Assembly (NCBI GenBank): GCA_002269645.1
Contig: NIVC01002061.1
Location: 77,838-141,837 of the forward strand
Reading direction: 5' to 3'
DNA: 64,000 nt
Source of the DNA: Macrostomum lignano
Lineage: Eukaryota
In this document: one piece after another, positions 63,774 through 64,000 of the stretch
Layout of the letters: each line of letters opens with the position of its first letter
Numbering within the stretch: position 1 is the first letter of the stretch
Notes under the pieces: model-generated
Seen by the model: the letters and a program-made list of their open reading frames with translations, nothing else
Database searches by the model: none
What the model was told of the DNA's origin: nothing
Translations under genes and position numbers: made by a program

Positions 63774-63830
63774 ATGCGCGAAATTGTTCACATCCAAGCT
63801 GGGCAGTGCGGCAATCAAATCGGTGCCAAG
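63774..63830 (+). CDS. TUBB: Beta-tubulin exon 1
   Basis: MREIVHIQAGQCGNQIGAK followed by AAG|GTAAGC at the conserved codon-19 intron position. Confidence 0.97.
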
Positions 63831-63909
63831 GTAAGCCTTTTGTTGTGTATAAATATTCTATTTTTAGTGAATGTAGCCAATACAGCCAGATTTTCATCTG
63901 TTCCGACAG

Positions 63910-64000
63910 TTCTGGGAGGTGATCTCAGACGAGCACGGTATTGACCAACCGGCACCTACCACGGAGACTCGGACCTGCAGCTGGAGCGAATCTCGGTCTA
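63910..64000 (+). CDS. TUBB: Beta-tubulin exon 2 (runs off the window; 1-bp deletion at 63945-63946)
   Basis: After a 79-nt intron ending CCGACAG|, reads FWEVISDEHGID, then with one extra C PTGTYHGDSDLQLERISV. Confidence 0.95.

Overview
Intron-containing, transposon-rich animal genomic DNA, probably an invertebrate (a free-living flatworm-like genome is plausible but is inference only). The core is a cluster of three very large inducible GTPase genes (VLIG/GVIN family), each mostly encoded by one 5-6 kb exon: GVIN-A (17801-23008, -), GVIN-B (26809-32312, -, plus small upstream exons) and GVIN-C (50286-56685, +, two 1-bp frameshifts that look like consensus errors). The three are highly diverged except for a near-identical GC-rich 341-bp tract over GTPase motifs G1-G3, suggesting gene conversion. 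Two exons missed by the ORF track (25126-25249, 24770-24919) encode a complete LIM domain and can splice in frame (phase 1) onto GVIN-A, predicting a LIM-VLIG fusion protein; GVIN-B uses an equivalent phase-1 junction with a 7-codon leader, and GVIN-C has a Q/P/G-rich repeat N-terminus. Also present: an intronless HINT-family gene with a signal-peptide-like leader and altered pocket residues, the first two exons of a beta-tubulin gene at the right edge, a 5'-truncated glycoprotein-like ORF at the left edge, a young Ty3/Gypsy element (271-bp LTRs, 5-bp TSD) lacking its RNase H core, and many Gypsy, LINE, Tc1, Harbinger, CMC/EnSpm, P-like, SINE and satellite remnants. All identities and counts were made by eye.
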